The position numbers and the translations under genes are program-made. A DNA stretch of 64,000 nucleotides from Raillietiella orientalis (Eukaryota): positions 930,001 through 994,000 of the forward strand of contig JAYWIR010000053.1 in assembly GCA_036172245.1 (NCBI GenBank), in the 5' to 3' direction. The notes under the pieces were generated by a model. That model did not search any database. It worked only from the letters and a program-made list of their open reading frames with translations, and was not told the DNA's origin. Of the stretch, positions 13,263 through 25,963 are shown piece by piece. Within the stretch, counting starts at the first letter, position 1. Every line of letters begins with the position of its first letter.

Positions 13263-13869
13263 ACGTGACTTGGGAGGGCGGTCGTCTTTGGAAAACATAG
13301 TATTCGGTGCTCCCCGCTGTGAGATTCTTCTCCGCTTGAGGACGAAGCTTGCGCGGCGCGTGAGGTGCGACTGCCAAGCAAACCGTTAATCAGTGCACGT
13401 AAGGACACAGAGTATTCAAACAGTCGGCGCGTGCTGTCGACTTCTCGAGGATCCCTCCTTGCGAAGCCGACGAGCAGTAGGCTTCTAGCTGGACGTCGGG
13501 ACGTCATTGGTGCGAACGAAACCGAGCGCCTCGATGGATAGCCCCGTGCTCTGGGTCTTTTACTCATCCACGGAAGGCCTGACAGCAAACAGGCAGATGA
13601 AACTTCCTCTCACAGTGGCAGTGCCGACGAGCTGCTCGAGTCCTCAGGTCGAATTTCGGTTCGCTGCTCCTCAAGCTGGCATGTTTGATTGGCTGCCATC
13701 AGCTTTTGAACATCTGAGGTGCCTGACTTCTCGCCTTCCCGTTTTGCCCGACTCACCGACTTGCAGTTCACAGAGCAACCGCTCGATTGCCGAGGAGCTC
13801 GCATCTTCCTCGTCACGGATTTCTGGCTGGAAGATGGGAGATTGCCATCAGTTTCTGCAACACTGATCA

Positions 13870-14480
13870 CGGATGCTCATCAGCTTTTGATCCCTTCGTG
13901 AAGAAGGTCTTAGTTCCTCTACGGACAGTGAGGACGAGACTGGCAGTAGCACTAGTAGTAGGCACAAAGAGGACGTCTCTTAGGTCTCTGATATGCTTGC
14001 CTACCATTACAGACAGATTAAGAAACAAAAAAAAAAGACTGCTTCCACTGCAGAACGAGAGTGCTTTTAGAGTGTTAAACTGAAGAATTTGGAACCCAAG
14101 GTCGGTAGGAAAGTGGACGTAGAAAAAAACTGTTTGACGAAGAACCCAGATTATGACCTCCGCCATCCAGTTCAGTGGCTTTTTTGTTCGATTGGCAGTC
14201 CAAGTTCTCTTGCCCCGAGTATTCTTCCCTTGTTGTTCGGGAGTATATCTTGGGGACATTGTCTGGTGTGATATGAAGCCAGTGCTGATGCTTTCAAGAA
14301 TATTCTTCACGCGGTTCCTGACTTCGGTCTGTGCCAAGCTTAATGGATTCAGTAGTTCGTTCAGGGCATTTAACAGCGTTGTGGCTGGGCTCTTCGACTG
14401 ATGCAGGAAATTCCAGATCGGATATCCTGAAAGTGTGGGCTGAGGAAAGCGCCATCATTCGGCGTCACCTTGCACTGAAG
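13870..14480 (-). pseudogene. Ty1/copia-type LTR retrotransposon pol remnant (integrase core)
   Basis: Reads YPIWNFLHQSKS...QTEVRNRVKNIL...ISHQTMSPRYTPEQQGKNTRGKRT...PLNWMAEV, matching copia integrase (YxWxxFLKxKS, GIxHxxTxPYTPEQNGxAERxNRT, LPxxxWAEA). LRDVLFVP also resembles a copia motif. Confidence 0.7.
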
Positions 14481-14489
14481 AATGTTCTT

Positions 14490-14891
14490 GAAGGATTCAG
14501 AACCGAAATTCCAAGTGGAACACTTCCAGAATAGGGGGCAGACTATGATCCCTGTTCATTTTTCTGGCATTCGGGAATGATTTTCGATTTGAAGCGCTGG
14601 AAGAGAACGTCCAGTAACATGTGAGCAGCGATGAGGAATGTCGTTCCCTGTTGCTGGCGTTGGAGGCGGTGTGACCGCGTTCCCTTCGGGACTCCCTCCC
14701 AATATTAAGAGGAGCGGACTCCTTCCTTCGGAGCCTTCCTGGATTCATAGGGTGGTCCCCCCGGGTTTGTCCTCTTCAGCTTGAAGGGTTGCATGCACTG
14801 TTGGGTGACGTGGGCAGCGTTGAAAGAGCTTCGCGAGTCCCCCCAAGAAAGCCAACGGTTCTTCAGCACTTAGAAAACCAAATAAAAAGAA
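14490..14891 (+). mobile_element. tRNA-derived SINE, 3' part
   Basis: Carries the family core ttcctggattcatag, the 3' motif ttcttcagcact and an A-rich tail (aaaaccaaataaaaagaa). Confidence 0.75.
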
Positions 14892-15969
14892 TACAGCTGA
14901 TAGAGGAGCAACGAAAACAGAAGAACTTAGAAGGATTTCGGTCGCCCTAATTGAATTCTGCCTCCGGCTCAGATTTCTGCCGGGCAGAGATCTTTCTAAA
15001 GCAGCGCCATTTCGATCTGGCTAGCTGAAAAGCAAAATAAAAAATGAAATGTTTATCCATCCGTGCCCATTTAAACAAGACTGCTGCGTCACAACTTCTA
15101 GGCACACTTAAGCTCTGCATACGCCCTCCCTGAAGATCGCATTGGGATGAACGGGATTTTCATCTTTAGGGAGCTATAATGAACCGGTTACAGGGAGAAA
15201 AAATTTTCATTCAGAGTTTCACCTGAAGAGTTTCACCAGAGGGAAGAAACTTGGGAGCTCCTTCGATTTCGCTTCCCGTGGGGTCGGTGTCCTGATCAGA
15301 ATTAGAATAGGCCAGAATAGGCTCCGGAGGATCAAGAAATCGTGGACTACCTGACGAGTTGCATAGTCTTGGAGACTACGGTATCTGAGCGAGGCGGAAA
15401 GAGTTGAATTTCCAAAAGATAGGAACCAACTCACTGATAACTGACCATCATTCCAGCCCATCACTTGAAATCATCTGCTGCGAGCGATTTTTTGGCGGAA
15501 CGTGGAATGAGACTGCCTTCTCTTAAGGATGGATCTGAATGATGTTCCCTCTCTTGTGGGATTGTGGTTTCTTGGGATTTCCACAAGGGAGGAAATCCCA
15601 AGTAACCAGTGATTCCGTTGGACTCCCATCTAAAGGAACGGATATTCGGATAACATGGACTGACCCTGTTTCATCTCCTCGATAAACGGGCTGTCCTCAT
15701 TCGAGAGTCTCATACTGAGCACATGGTTCGAGAGCACCATCAAAGTGACCCAAATGAAGCAGCTTCCTCTGCATGAGGAGCATCCCAAGAGTGCAGTGCT
15801 CGCGGATGCTAAGTGTTCCGTGTCAGCAAAGATGTGATGCATATGGGAATCTCGAGATCTCTCCCGAATGCTGTTCGCTACCATTTGACCCAGGTGAGCA
15901 GAATGAGAAATGGTTTCCGCTTTCATCTCCCTCCCCACCTAGGCACAGATTGCTTTTGCTTCCCTCCAT

Positions 15970-16501
15970 GAAGCTGAGAAATCGTTTTCAAGGTGTCTCG
16001 ATGGAAAAACCTTGGAATCCCATCCTGACGCTGGCTAGCCTCGGCTGGCTTCCTGTGAGGCTCTGGCGGAAGCAGCCGAAGACTGGATGCCCCCGTTGAC
16101 AAGCCGGGGTCAGAAGCTGATCCACCATGGTCCTTACAGGAATCAAGGAGTCCTTAGGAGTTCCCTTCCGGTGGTGAAAAGAGAGATGGTGGATGCTCCC
16201 TTCAGGGAGTTGTCTCTGCAGAGTGCAAGAAGCGCGCTGTTCCCTTCGGGAAGAGCGCCCTTCAGAGAAATTGAGAGAGTCCCTTCAGGGGTTCGGTCCA
16301 GAGGAGGGGGAAACGCTTTCGTGTTCCCTCCGGAAAGGAAATTCCAGAAGCGTATTCTTTCCGGGTTTCATTCGGAGAATAAGCGAGGAGCCTTCCTGGA
16401 TTCATAAGTGAAACAGTGTTAAAAAGAGCTCCGTGAGCCCCTAGGCGAAGGCTTCTTGAGTACTCAGCGAACCAAAGAAAAGAAAATCCGAAAAAAAAAA
16501 A
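15970..16501 (+). mobile_element. tRNA-derived SINE, head missing or decayed
   Basis: Contains ctgacgctggct, ggatgccccgttgac, caggaatcaagg, internal cccttc(a/g)ggg sub-repeats, ttcctggattcata and an A tail. Confidence 0.8.
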
Positions 16502-19500
16502 GCTGTAAGGAAAACAGGGAAACAGGAAAGCACCCTAAAGGATTAGAATTTCCCTATGCCAGTGGCAACAGTCTCCTCATGTGTTTGTTATTGACCTTCT
16601 TTTTTGTTTAAAGAAAAAAAAAAAAAGACTCAAATCTTTGTAAGAAACATTTTGCCTGATCCTATAAACGTCACCAACTAAGGAGGGTTACGGACCAAAC
16701 AGCGATAACACCGGGACTTGGAATTTAAGAGTTGGAATTCTTCCATTGCCCATTGGTTGTAGATCGGTGTCTTCCCTGCTTCCATTTAGACATGAGAACT
16801 AGGATCTTAGAAGGGAATGTTTCTGAGAACCGATCTTCATGTGCGACGCAAGAGGATTGCAATCCATCTTCTATTGCTCGCATTCTCTTCTCGATTAGTG
16901 ACGCGTCGCATCGTCCCAATTTTCGAAGGAGCATTGCGGTCCTTTTCTGCTGCATTGCGTGGATTGATGGTTGGCTCTGTTAGTTCACTGGGAGGAGAAG
17001 GAGGAGTTCTGGGCGAACTCAAGAAACCCTAATCAGCGATGCGTTCCCGAAGCAACGATTGTTTTAGAAAACACACACACACACACAAGTTTTGTGAAAT
17101 TCTTCGATGAGATTTGCATCAGTTATTTCCCAGCCCTCGCCAATTCCTCCTTCAGTGCTGCTACCATTCGATCTCGTGGAAAACGAACGACCGGTCGGAA
17201 CAGGCAGTTCCCTGAGACCCTCGTGACCGTTTGCTGAGGGGCAGCTTCTTCCTCCGACAGTGATGCTGCCGGCTGAAGAAAAAAACAAAAAAACAAAAAT
17301 GAAGACGTTCGGGGCGAAATTCGGTAATCCCCGTTAATGGAACTGTGCTGTACCGCGAGCGAGCCCTCGGTCCACTTCTCGGAAACGGTATCGACGTCCC
17401 ATCGGAAGATACGTTCGGACGCATCCTCGCCGAGAGACGCGTAAATCTCTCTGGCACTCCGTGTTTGCACTTCGCCGCTTGTCAACACGTCAGGTCCGCA
17501 AACACCTGGCTGTGGGGCAGGCACTCGAGTGCGTGAAAGGATCCCGTGGCCACTCTTCGCTCCGCACAAGAGTACTGGCAAGCATGGTTCATACATAATC
17601 TAAGTAGGATGGAACTGCATGATTTTGTTATGGGGGCGAAGAGAAATGGCACTCGTTCTTCCTTTGCCGTCGGTTGAGCGCGGGATGCGTTGTCCTGTTT
17701 GCAGAGGTTTCCGCCAAATTCTCTGCGATTCGGTACGCGGACCTTCTCTTTCCCTTTTGTCTTTTGGCTCCACAAACGCGAGGTTTATCCAGATTCAGAA
17801 CGTTTCTCCCCGGATGACGGAAGGCAAAAGACATTTTGCGTTCCTCGTTCACTCACACGATGAGGGCTTCACGGCGAAATCGGACTACCTAAGGAACGCT
17901 CTGCCCGGACGACCAACACGTTCGATCAGCTGATCTTTTTTAAACGTCGGTCGAGCGCCATGACCGTCGCCCGACATTTGTTGTGTCTCCCCCCCCCCCA
18001 CTCCCTTCCCACCCATTTTCTGGAATTGATGTGCCCAAACGGGTATCCCAGCACTAAATTGATTCATTCCTTACTTGGAAATGTCTCTTCTGTCATTGCC
18101 CGCACACGAAAGCAGTCCCCATTACTACTCGCCGTCAAAATCCCTCTTTATTAAGCCCGTGAGAGCCTCTGGTACGACCCTGTTATAAGTTAGTTGTGTT
18201 TCCGATTCTCAGCGTTTACGATGGGAAGTCGGAGGTAAGCAGCCAACACAGTTTTCTGGAATGATCCTTCGGCAAAGCGGGGCGCCGAAACTCGTCGAAA
18301 AACTGCGCGAGCACATGAAAAACGTGCGGCATGAAGCAAAGAGAAATATTGATATAGGAGAGCTACATATATATATACATATATATCGGAGCGATGGGAT
18401 TCCTGTGCACATTCTGTTCCAGAGTGGAACGACGGATCTTGGTGTTCAAGAAGGCTTCCTTCCGCATCCATGAGTCTTGGAAGCCCCCTCCAAATACAAA
18501 CGCATTTCTATGCGCGCAAATGGGATTCGGGACTCTGGCATGAGCACGCCTCCCTCAGGAATGCAAAGCTGGAACGGCAACCTGGACCCACTTGAGCTTC
18601 CGTGCTCCTTTTAGTGAAATTACATGGCGGCGCGAGGGTTCTGGAGCATTCAGATCGGCCCGCATCGCGTGTTACCGTTCTCCTCTGTGCACAGAATAGT
18701 AAAGTGAGGAACAGAGGTGATAGAAACCTGCGGCATCCGAGCTCTGCTGAGATGCAGACACGCGTACACGTTCCAGAGTTCCATCCTTGCGTGCGAGGGT
18801 GTACACTGCACTCACAAATATGCGAAAGTTACTGTATCTTACCGCTGAGAAGAAGAATGGAATGCAAATGGCAAAATCACCTGCCCACTTAGATAGAGCT
18901 CCGCTGGCTAAGAGAATGGCTCTAAGGTTAGGACAGGAGCGCGCTCGACGGAGAGTGCTTTCGTCACACACAATTTTATTTATTTCTCTCAAGTTCATTG
19001 AAGAATCCTGGAACAAGGTCAGCGACCGCCGATGACTCGAGCGAAAGATAAGGTTCGCAACCCTCTATTCTTTCAGATAAGCGGACTGCTGCAGCAATTC
19101 TGGTTTCGTTCGTTTTCCTTGGAAAAATTGGCAATTTACAAAAAGAATCCCGAAAAATTCTTTTTTTAAAAAAGCCCACTGATTATTGAACTTCGAGATT
19201 TCAGGAACGAAACTCTTTGACTGCTGCATTTTGAGAATTACGGAAACAAAGCAACGGATTGCCGAATCTCGAGATCTGTTGCATCCCAGCTTTATGGATA
19301 TGCAGTCAGCAGGCATTACCGAAATTGCATAGTGCCGTTCTGTTTCGGAGAAACAGGAAATTCCATACTTTAGAAAAACAGGATAAATCCAAAATGAGAC
19401 GCATGCAAGAAATGCACCGTGCCTTTGACCCCTCCCTTATCGATCTCAGTCGCAAAAGGCTCACAGTAAAAACGAATAGAAATGGAGTAATTTTATCATT

Positions 19501-20501
19501 TATAATACTTCTGATGAGAATAAGCTTACAAAAACCATGACACCACGTTTAGCAAGGAATAGTGGAAACTTGCGGAATCGCTCCCGAGATCTGCCGGGAT
19601 GCATCATCAAAAATGCAGTTGTTGGAGGGCTCGTTTCGTCTGTCGCATTGCTGCGTGACACCCATCGAGGAATCATCGCGCTGGAAAGTATCCCTGTGGC
19701 TCTGCCATCATTCGTTTACTTACTACCGTGTTTGCCTTCTGGAGTCAGAATCATCAAGATGACTGGTGTGTGCCGCTGGGACAATATAAATGCATCGTCG
19801 TTTCATTCTCGCCCGGATTACTTGCTCCTGTTCTCCACTGCGAGTTTACTCTCTCGAAAGTGCAGCAGGAAACTCTTGCACTCGCGGTTTGCCCCCAGGC
19901 GCCACTGGAGAAAGAGAACTCTCCCTTCTCAGGGTTTCCTCCTTCCTTCTCCCCGTGCAGCCTTTCTTCCCCTTTGCTTTTGCCGTTGGCTGGTCTTTCA
20001 TGTTTCGCGATCGCGGCACGCAACGGGCACGCATCTCCTGCAGGATCCGCCGAACAGGCGCACCTATCCCTACACCATTTGTGCAGCTGTCCCCACTGAC
20101 GCATGCAGTTTGGCCCTCCCGTCTCTGGGGATTCGCTATGGATTTCCGCTGCCTCCAGTGCCACTCGCAAGGAGCTGCTTGGGAACCATGCTATCAAGCG
20201 CATCTGATGATTGCAGCTGATTAGCGGGACGGGGAAGAGAGGAACATTGGTAATCAAAAGAGGTATTGCATTCCCGCCCACGCTTTCAAACTGCTAAGCG
20301 ACTTGGGCATCCGCAAACATCCATATTTACATTAGTTGTTCGAAATCACGCTGATGCGAAGGCGAAAGGATGAAAAAATGAAAGGAGATTTCTCCCATCC
20401 TCGCAGCCTGCCGCTTCGCTCCGGCTGGTCTTCGTGATGACTCTGTAACACCAAAAGGGCTCTTTTATCACACGAATTAAACCATTAATTCTTCTGATGG
20501 A

Positions 20502-21188
20502 CTTCTCCTCCCTTTTTTTCCTTCTCTTTCTCTGTTCCTTCTCCTTATTTTCCTCCCTTTCCTGGAAAGAGGAGAAAGAGGAGGCTCTTTCTTCCTTTCT
20601 CTTCTCCCTCCTTTTCTCCTCCTCTTCCTCCCGTCCTCTTTTCTCTTGTTCCTTCCTTCCCCTCCTCCTCCACCTCCTTTCCTTCTCTTTTTCTCCTCCT
20701 TTCTTCAACAGTGCTCTCGGCTCCCTGGGTCATTCCTGTGGGGAAAAAAAGTTCCTGGCGACGATCGTTGCCTTGATCGCCATGGGGAGGAGAAGTGCAC
20801 TGGTCACCCACAGCCGGACCGGCAAAGTGCAGCGATGAACGCATCCACCTACTGCCTCGGGGACCATTGGCTCTTTCTAGTCGACACCCTCGTTCGTGGA
20901 CTCACGGAAGCAGACGGCCCGACTGTACGGCTGTCCCCTCCTTGCTGCCCAGCTGCACCCCGGTGCGGTCCGAACTCGCCTGAGAGGTCACGTTCGGCCC
21001 GCCGGACCCTCCCTCTGCGGTTCTCTTCGCTGGAGGTTCGGAGCTCCCTCCTCTCTGGCTTCGCGACGAGCGCGTCCGCCCCGTGCAGCTCCCAGTCCCG
21101 ACGGCGTTGGGAGGCCCCAGCGGCTGCACTTTAGAGAGCATGCTGGACGATGGAAGGGAAGGAAGAAGGAAAGGACAAAGGGAAGCGA
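20502..21188 (-). repeat. Copy 2 of the near-identical inverted duplication (partner 3071-3760)
   Basis: Its reverse complement matches 3071-3760, with identical multi-frame translations. Confidence 0.95.
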
Positions 21189-23299
21189 GGGTCTTCTCCT
21201 TGCGTCCTGCATCTTCCACCGCCGCTGACCTCTTGCAAAGGCAAGAGGCGTGCAGCGCGATGGCATCGCTTGGGCGCTCGGAGAGTCATATCCGGCCGAT
21301 ACCCGGGGATATTCCCGGGAACAAGCCTTGCAGGAGCCATGGACACTTAAGGTGTTGCAGTCTCCAGCTCGTGGAGTCATCGAACGATGGTGGTCTTGTG
21401 GATGAGGACTTACCCTAGGGACTCCTCCTGAACGACACGTCTTTCAGCACGTACGAAGCCGCCACATCTGGTGGAAAATTCCAGAAGATTCATGTTGTCC
21501 CGAGGTGTTCTATGAAAACTCCGAATGGACGACTACCGGTACTGCAGACTCCTCATGGGCTGGAGCTTTGTCACGAGAACGGACTGAAGGAAGTACTGAG
21601 AGCTCTAAGACGGAGGGCTCAGTTCGCCCTCCGTTCGTTTGTCCGCTCTCATCCAGCCCCCCTATTTTAGCACAGTCACAGGAAGCAAGGGAGCGAGACA
21701 GAGCCCCCAGGCGTGCTTTGACGAGCCCGGCAAGTGGGGAGTTCGGGACCCCGTAGAGGAAGCCGTGACCGCTGAAAGTGGATCGTCAAGAGAAGATGAG
21801 GAAAAATAGCGGCAGAGGCTCTGGAAGTTTTCTATTCTGTCTTTTTTTTCCTTCTCCTCCCTCCAAAGATCTCCCTGGATCGCACTGCTGTTGGTATCGC
21901 CCGCGATGACTTTCGCTTTCATGGAGGGAAGGAAACTACACTGCGCTCTCCTGTTCGCGGCCCCGTGGGACGAAAGGCAGCGTGGGTATGTCTTCCCCCC
22001 TTTGCGTTCCCAGTGTCCCAGGGGAAGGGAGCCCATAGCGTCCCCGCTTGATAAGGTTGTTTGCTCTTTCTTGCTTGCTTCCCGAGTGTAAACACAGAAG
22101 CTGAATGTCAGCGTTTGTTCCTGCGTTCCTAAGAAGGTAACTGCGACTCCCGGTGGCGGTATTCGCTCGAAAACTGATTGCAGGGGAATCTCCAGCTTCA
22201 CCATCTCAGCATCTTGAGACCGTTTTGCCTACGCAGCCGGCGATTCCAAGCGGCGAAAGCGGGAAACACCAGGAATTGCGTCCAAGAAAGCGATGGGAAG
22301 CTGCATCCCGAGAATGAGGGCTGGAGACGGAAGGAGTGCGTTTTTCCGGATGGACGCAGCCGTTCCTGGAGAAGAATGTGCAGAAGACCTGCGTCCATTT
22401 CGCTTTCGACCTGCGTTCCTTTTCTGTAGAGCAGGAGCAATTGTGATGATGGGTCAGCGCGCGTCCAGCGAGGAGATCCCGTTGAAGATGATGAACAGTT
22501 AGTGGGAACTTTCCCTTTCGAATATCCTGACTTGTGGTTCTGCCAAAATGACAGTGTTGGATTCCTTTCCCTCCTCCCCCTCTTGCCTTTATTCTCTTCT
22601 TCCCTCCTTCCTTCCTCTTTTCCTCTTCTCCTACTTTCTTCCTCTTCCACCTCTTCCGGCGTTTCTCTTCGTGGTAGCGGTCTGGTGGCGAAGGGAGAGA
22701 GGAAAGGAGCAGCCACGGTTTGTGCCGCCCGATGCGCAGTCGGGAGAGGCGCGGGCTCTTAGCGCGAATGCACAAAAACGCCAAGCGAATCTTTCTGAGA
22801 GAAAAGTGCGAGGGTCGCCGAACTCTGTGGGTGGTATCCCCAGGAGCGCGGTCGAGTTCAGCCCATCAGTTGCGCCTGAGCTCGGGGTCAGTATCGACCA
22901 AGACCGCTGGTCCCCGGGAGTGGCCAAGAGCTAACTGACCCCGGGAGGGCACTTGGCCGGCAGTAGTGGAGGCATCTGCCACCTCCACCGCTAGCGTCGC
23001 TGCAGGCGGCACCCCGGTGCTTCCACTCCGCTCCCTTATCATCCTGAGGTCATTCGTCAAACCCCTATTCCGGGAACTCGCCGTCGTGATTCATAGTGGT
23101 CGGCGCTCCCTTCCGATTCCTCCTTCTGGAGGCACCTCCGCCCTGGGAGTGGCGTGCGCCATCCGTAAAGGTCGTGAGGACGTACGCGCGCTCAAGTACA
23201 AAAAAAAAGGGAAGGAGAAGCGAAGAGGACACCCGCAAAGCGTTCCGCTGAACTGTCTCATCCCCATTTGAGATCCATCCGGTTGCCGAACCAGGGTCA

Positions 23300-23975
23300 G
23301 AGGGCGGCGGCGCTTCCGGCAAAGGGCGGTCCTGGAAGGTGAGCATGCGCATGCACCTTGCTTTCCCCTCCTCCCCTTCTCATTCTTTCGCACCTCCCAC
23401 CGACGGAGCAGACAAGGTGCCGCTACGAAGTCCAGCAAGACCGTTAAATAACAACCTAGCTCATCTCCTGCGTCCCTCGGTCCGGCAAGCGGATTGAGGG
23501 GCCCAGCCAGATGGATGCATGCTCGCCCTCGGGACCTCAGTGATGAAGCGTCTTTTTGTGCGCGATGTCCTTTCGCCTGCTGCCTCCCTAGCAGCTCTTT
23601 ACCGCCTACGAGGGATTGTAGCGGCTTGGAGCTACGCGAGAGGAGGACTTTGCGATAGATCTGTTTCACCCTGAGCTCCATGAGGACGGCAGCTAGATGA
23701 TCTCACTTGGGACATACTCAAAAGCAACTTGTCGGCATCCTGGAAAGGATGCAGAGGACACCCTTCCTCAACCCTCTTAATTTTGGGGTTCATTTTTGTT
23801 TTTTCTTTATTTTTGGTCTGCCCCCTCCCCCTCTGCTGCCGAGGCGAACCTCGCCGGCCTGCGTGCCGGTTACTCGGCAGGTTCCGATCGTTTTCGGACA
23901 ATGTAGGGCCCATGGCCCCACACATGTGCGTTTATTTTTTATAATAAACGCCCCGTTGTGGCCGGGTGATAACCA
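23300..23975 (+). mobile_element. LINE family A 3' fragment
   Basis: MRTAAR*SHLGHTQKQLVGILERMQR matches the family A C-terminus. The 3' UTR has tgccgaggcgaacctcgccgg, AATAAA at 23943 and gccccg...ccgggtga. Confidence 0.75.
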
Positions 23976-25227
23976 AGCAGGTCACTCTACCGAATCAGTC
24001 CCTTTGCCCGGAAGCGAGGAGTAGAGGCGTCCACCAAATCGCTGGCCCTACAGCCATCCAGGAGTTTCTGGACTCCTGCCAGTCTGCGGAAGAACTCCCG
24101 CTCTGCCGGTTGGCTGCTGTGCCATTTCTTGCTCTGGAGGCATATAGCGCTGCAACAAGGGGTGTGACGGCTATCCGGGACCAGGGCGTCCAATCCTGCA
24201 GATCCCCCAGCGGTTAGCGTAGGAGACCCTGCTGCGGTCTCAGTACTGTGGGCGCACCTCCAAAGTGATCCAGGGCTCCAGAGTCTCCTGCCGTCAGAAG
24301 TTTTAGTTTATGGAGCGGCAGAAAATCCAGGAGTCAGAATTTGGCAGCAGTGGGATTAGACAGCCTAGCATCGGCATCGGCGCCTCGCGCCTGTCCGTTG
24401 CCCTTGTGCCGCGATTGTTTCTGCTGCCCTCTCCGGGACGCTTTCCCCGGGCGGTCGCGATCCCCCTAACGAGAATGGATGATCCGCATTTTTCCGGGAG
24501 AACGCCAGCAGATCGGACCGCATTTCAACCCGAAGAATCCCCACTCCATCGCACTGAGATCTCCCGAGCCACCTGGAATCTGCGACGGAGCAGAATGGTT
24601 GAGGGACGCCTTTGAGCTGTCAGCTTGACGAAATCAAAGCAGCACTTTCCCCGCTGCCCGGAAAATGGGGATTTCTCCTCGCACTCTTCGTTCCATTTGC
24701 ATCGGAGTCGGGAAACTGAGCGCACCGTTACACGGGCCTTACGAGGGCGCTCAGAACCCAGACCCGAGGAGACACCAGGGGAGAGACGGAGAGCAGCCGT
24801 GGCAACGGCACCTGCCTTGACGAGATCTGCTGGACGGGATCTCCTGTTCCTCGAGTGGACCACCAAATGCTCTCAGTCGCGGTCTGAAGTTTCGATTCGG
24901 GATGTCCGTTGGGGTTGCTTCATGGCGAACTCAACGCAAGAAACCTCCGTATCGCAGTCACTGCTGTGGAGGAGTCTTCTGCTCTTCAAAGACACGTGGA
25001 ACGTTTGAAAAAAAATAACGTCGACTGAAAAAATATGTGTGTGACCACAATACTCAAGGTAACGCTTGCAGCACAATGCACCAACCCACCACCCACCCCT
25101 GCTCTGCCTTTGCAGCACCACAAAGGGGAAATCCTACGACCATCGACGGCAAGCAACCTTCCACCCCTTCCACCACACTCCTTCTCAAACAGCTCTCTCC
25201 ATCCAACCACCTTGCCATACACGAAGA

Positions 25228-25963
25228 CACTGCGGCCACGCGGCTGTCACCTCCACGCTCACACCAGGCGGTGCGGCCAAGAATTTTGCCGGGGGAAGGA
25301 TGGACGCCGAGAAACGGGGTGTGTGTCACGTTTTGAGTTCTCGCAGGCTGACGCTGGTCAACCTTAGGTTCGCTTCGGGTGTGGCAATGGTGGAAGCTGA
25401 AAAGTCGGATGCCCTCGTCGACTGGCCGGGATTAGAAGTTGACCTCTTGGATCATTCCAGGAATCAAGGGGCCCTTCGGGGTGTCCTTCTTGTTGTGAGA
25501 ATGGATCAGACTGGCACCCCCTCGGGGGTTGCCCTTCCAGAGTGTCAGAAGCATGCAGCTCCCTTCGGAGAGCGCCCTCTAGAGAAGTTCAGAAGCGTCC
25601 CTCGGGGTTCTCTTCAGAGGAGAAAACGGAGTGGTTCCCTTGCGGGTTCCCTCTGGAAAAGAAATAAGGAGTGTTCTCCCCTCTGAAGGTCCCTCTGAAA
25701 AGAATGAAGAAGAGGTGGTTCCCTTCAGGTTTTCCTTCGGTGGCATCCAAGACGCGAGTCCCCCTGCTAAGCGCAGGAGGAACGAAGAAGGAAGAAATTC
25801 AGAGTCATTGGATTCATAGGGAATTGCCTCCAGGATCACCCCCTTTCTTGAATACTCAATACACACCATTGGTTGGCATGGAAAGTGCTTGAAGAGCCTC
25901 GTGCTTCCCCTAAGGAGGCAAACCGCTCTTCAGCACTCTTTGAGAACTAAAGAAAAACAAAAA
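25228..25963 (+). mobile_element. tRNA-derived SINE, near full length, decayed head
   Basis: Contains gacgccgagaaa, gctgacgctgg, ggatgccctcgtcgactggcc, caggaatcaagg, sub-repeats, tggattcatagg, ctcttcagcact and an A tail. Confidence 0.8.

Noticed and set aside
19537..20220. 227-aa ORF with LLRDTHRGII, resembling a gypsy integrase zinc-binding motif
   Set aside because: A single short resemblance with no supporting CxxC or DDE motifs.
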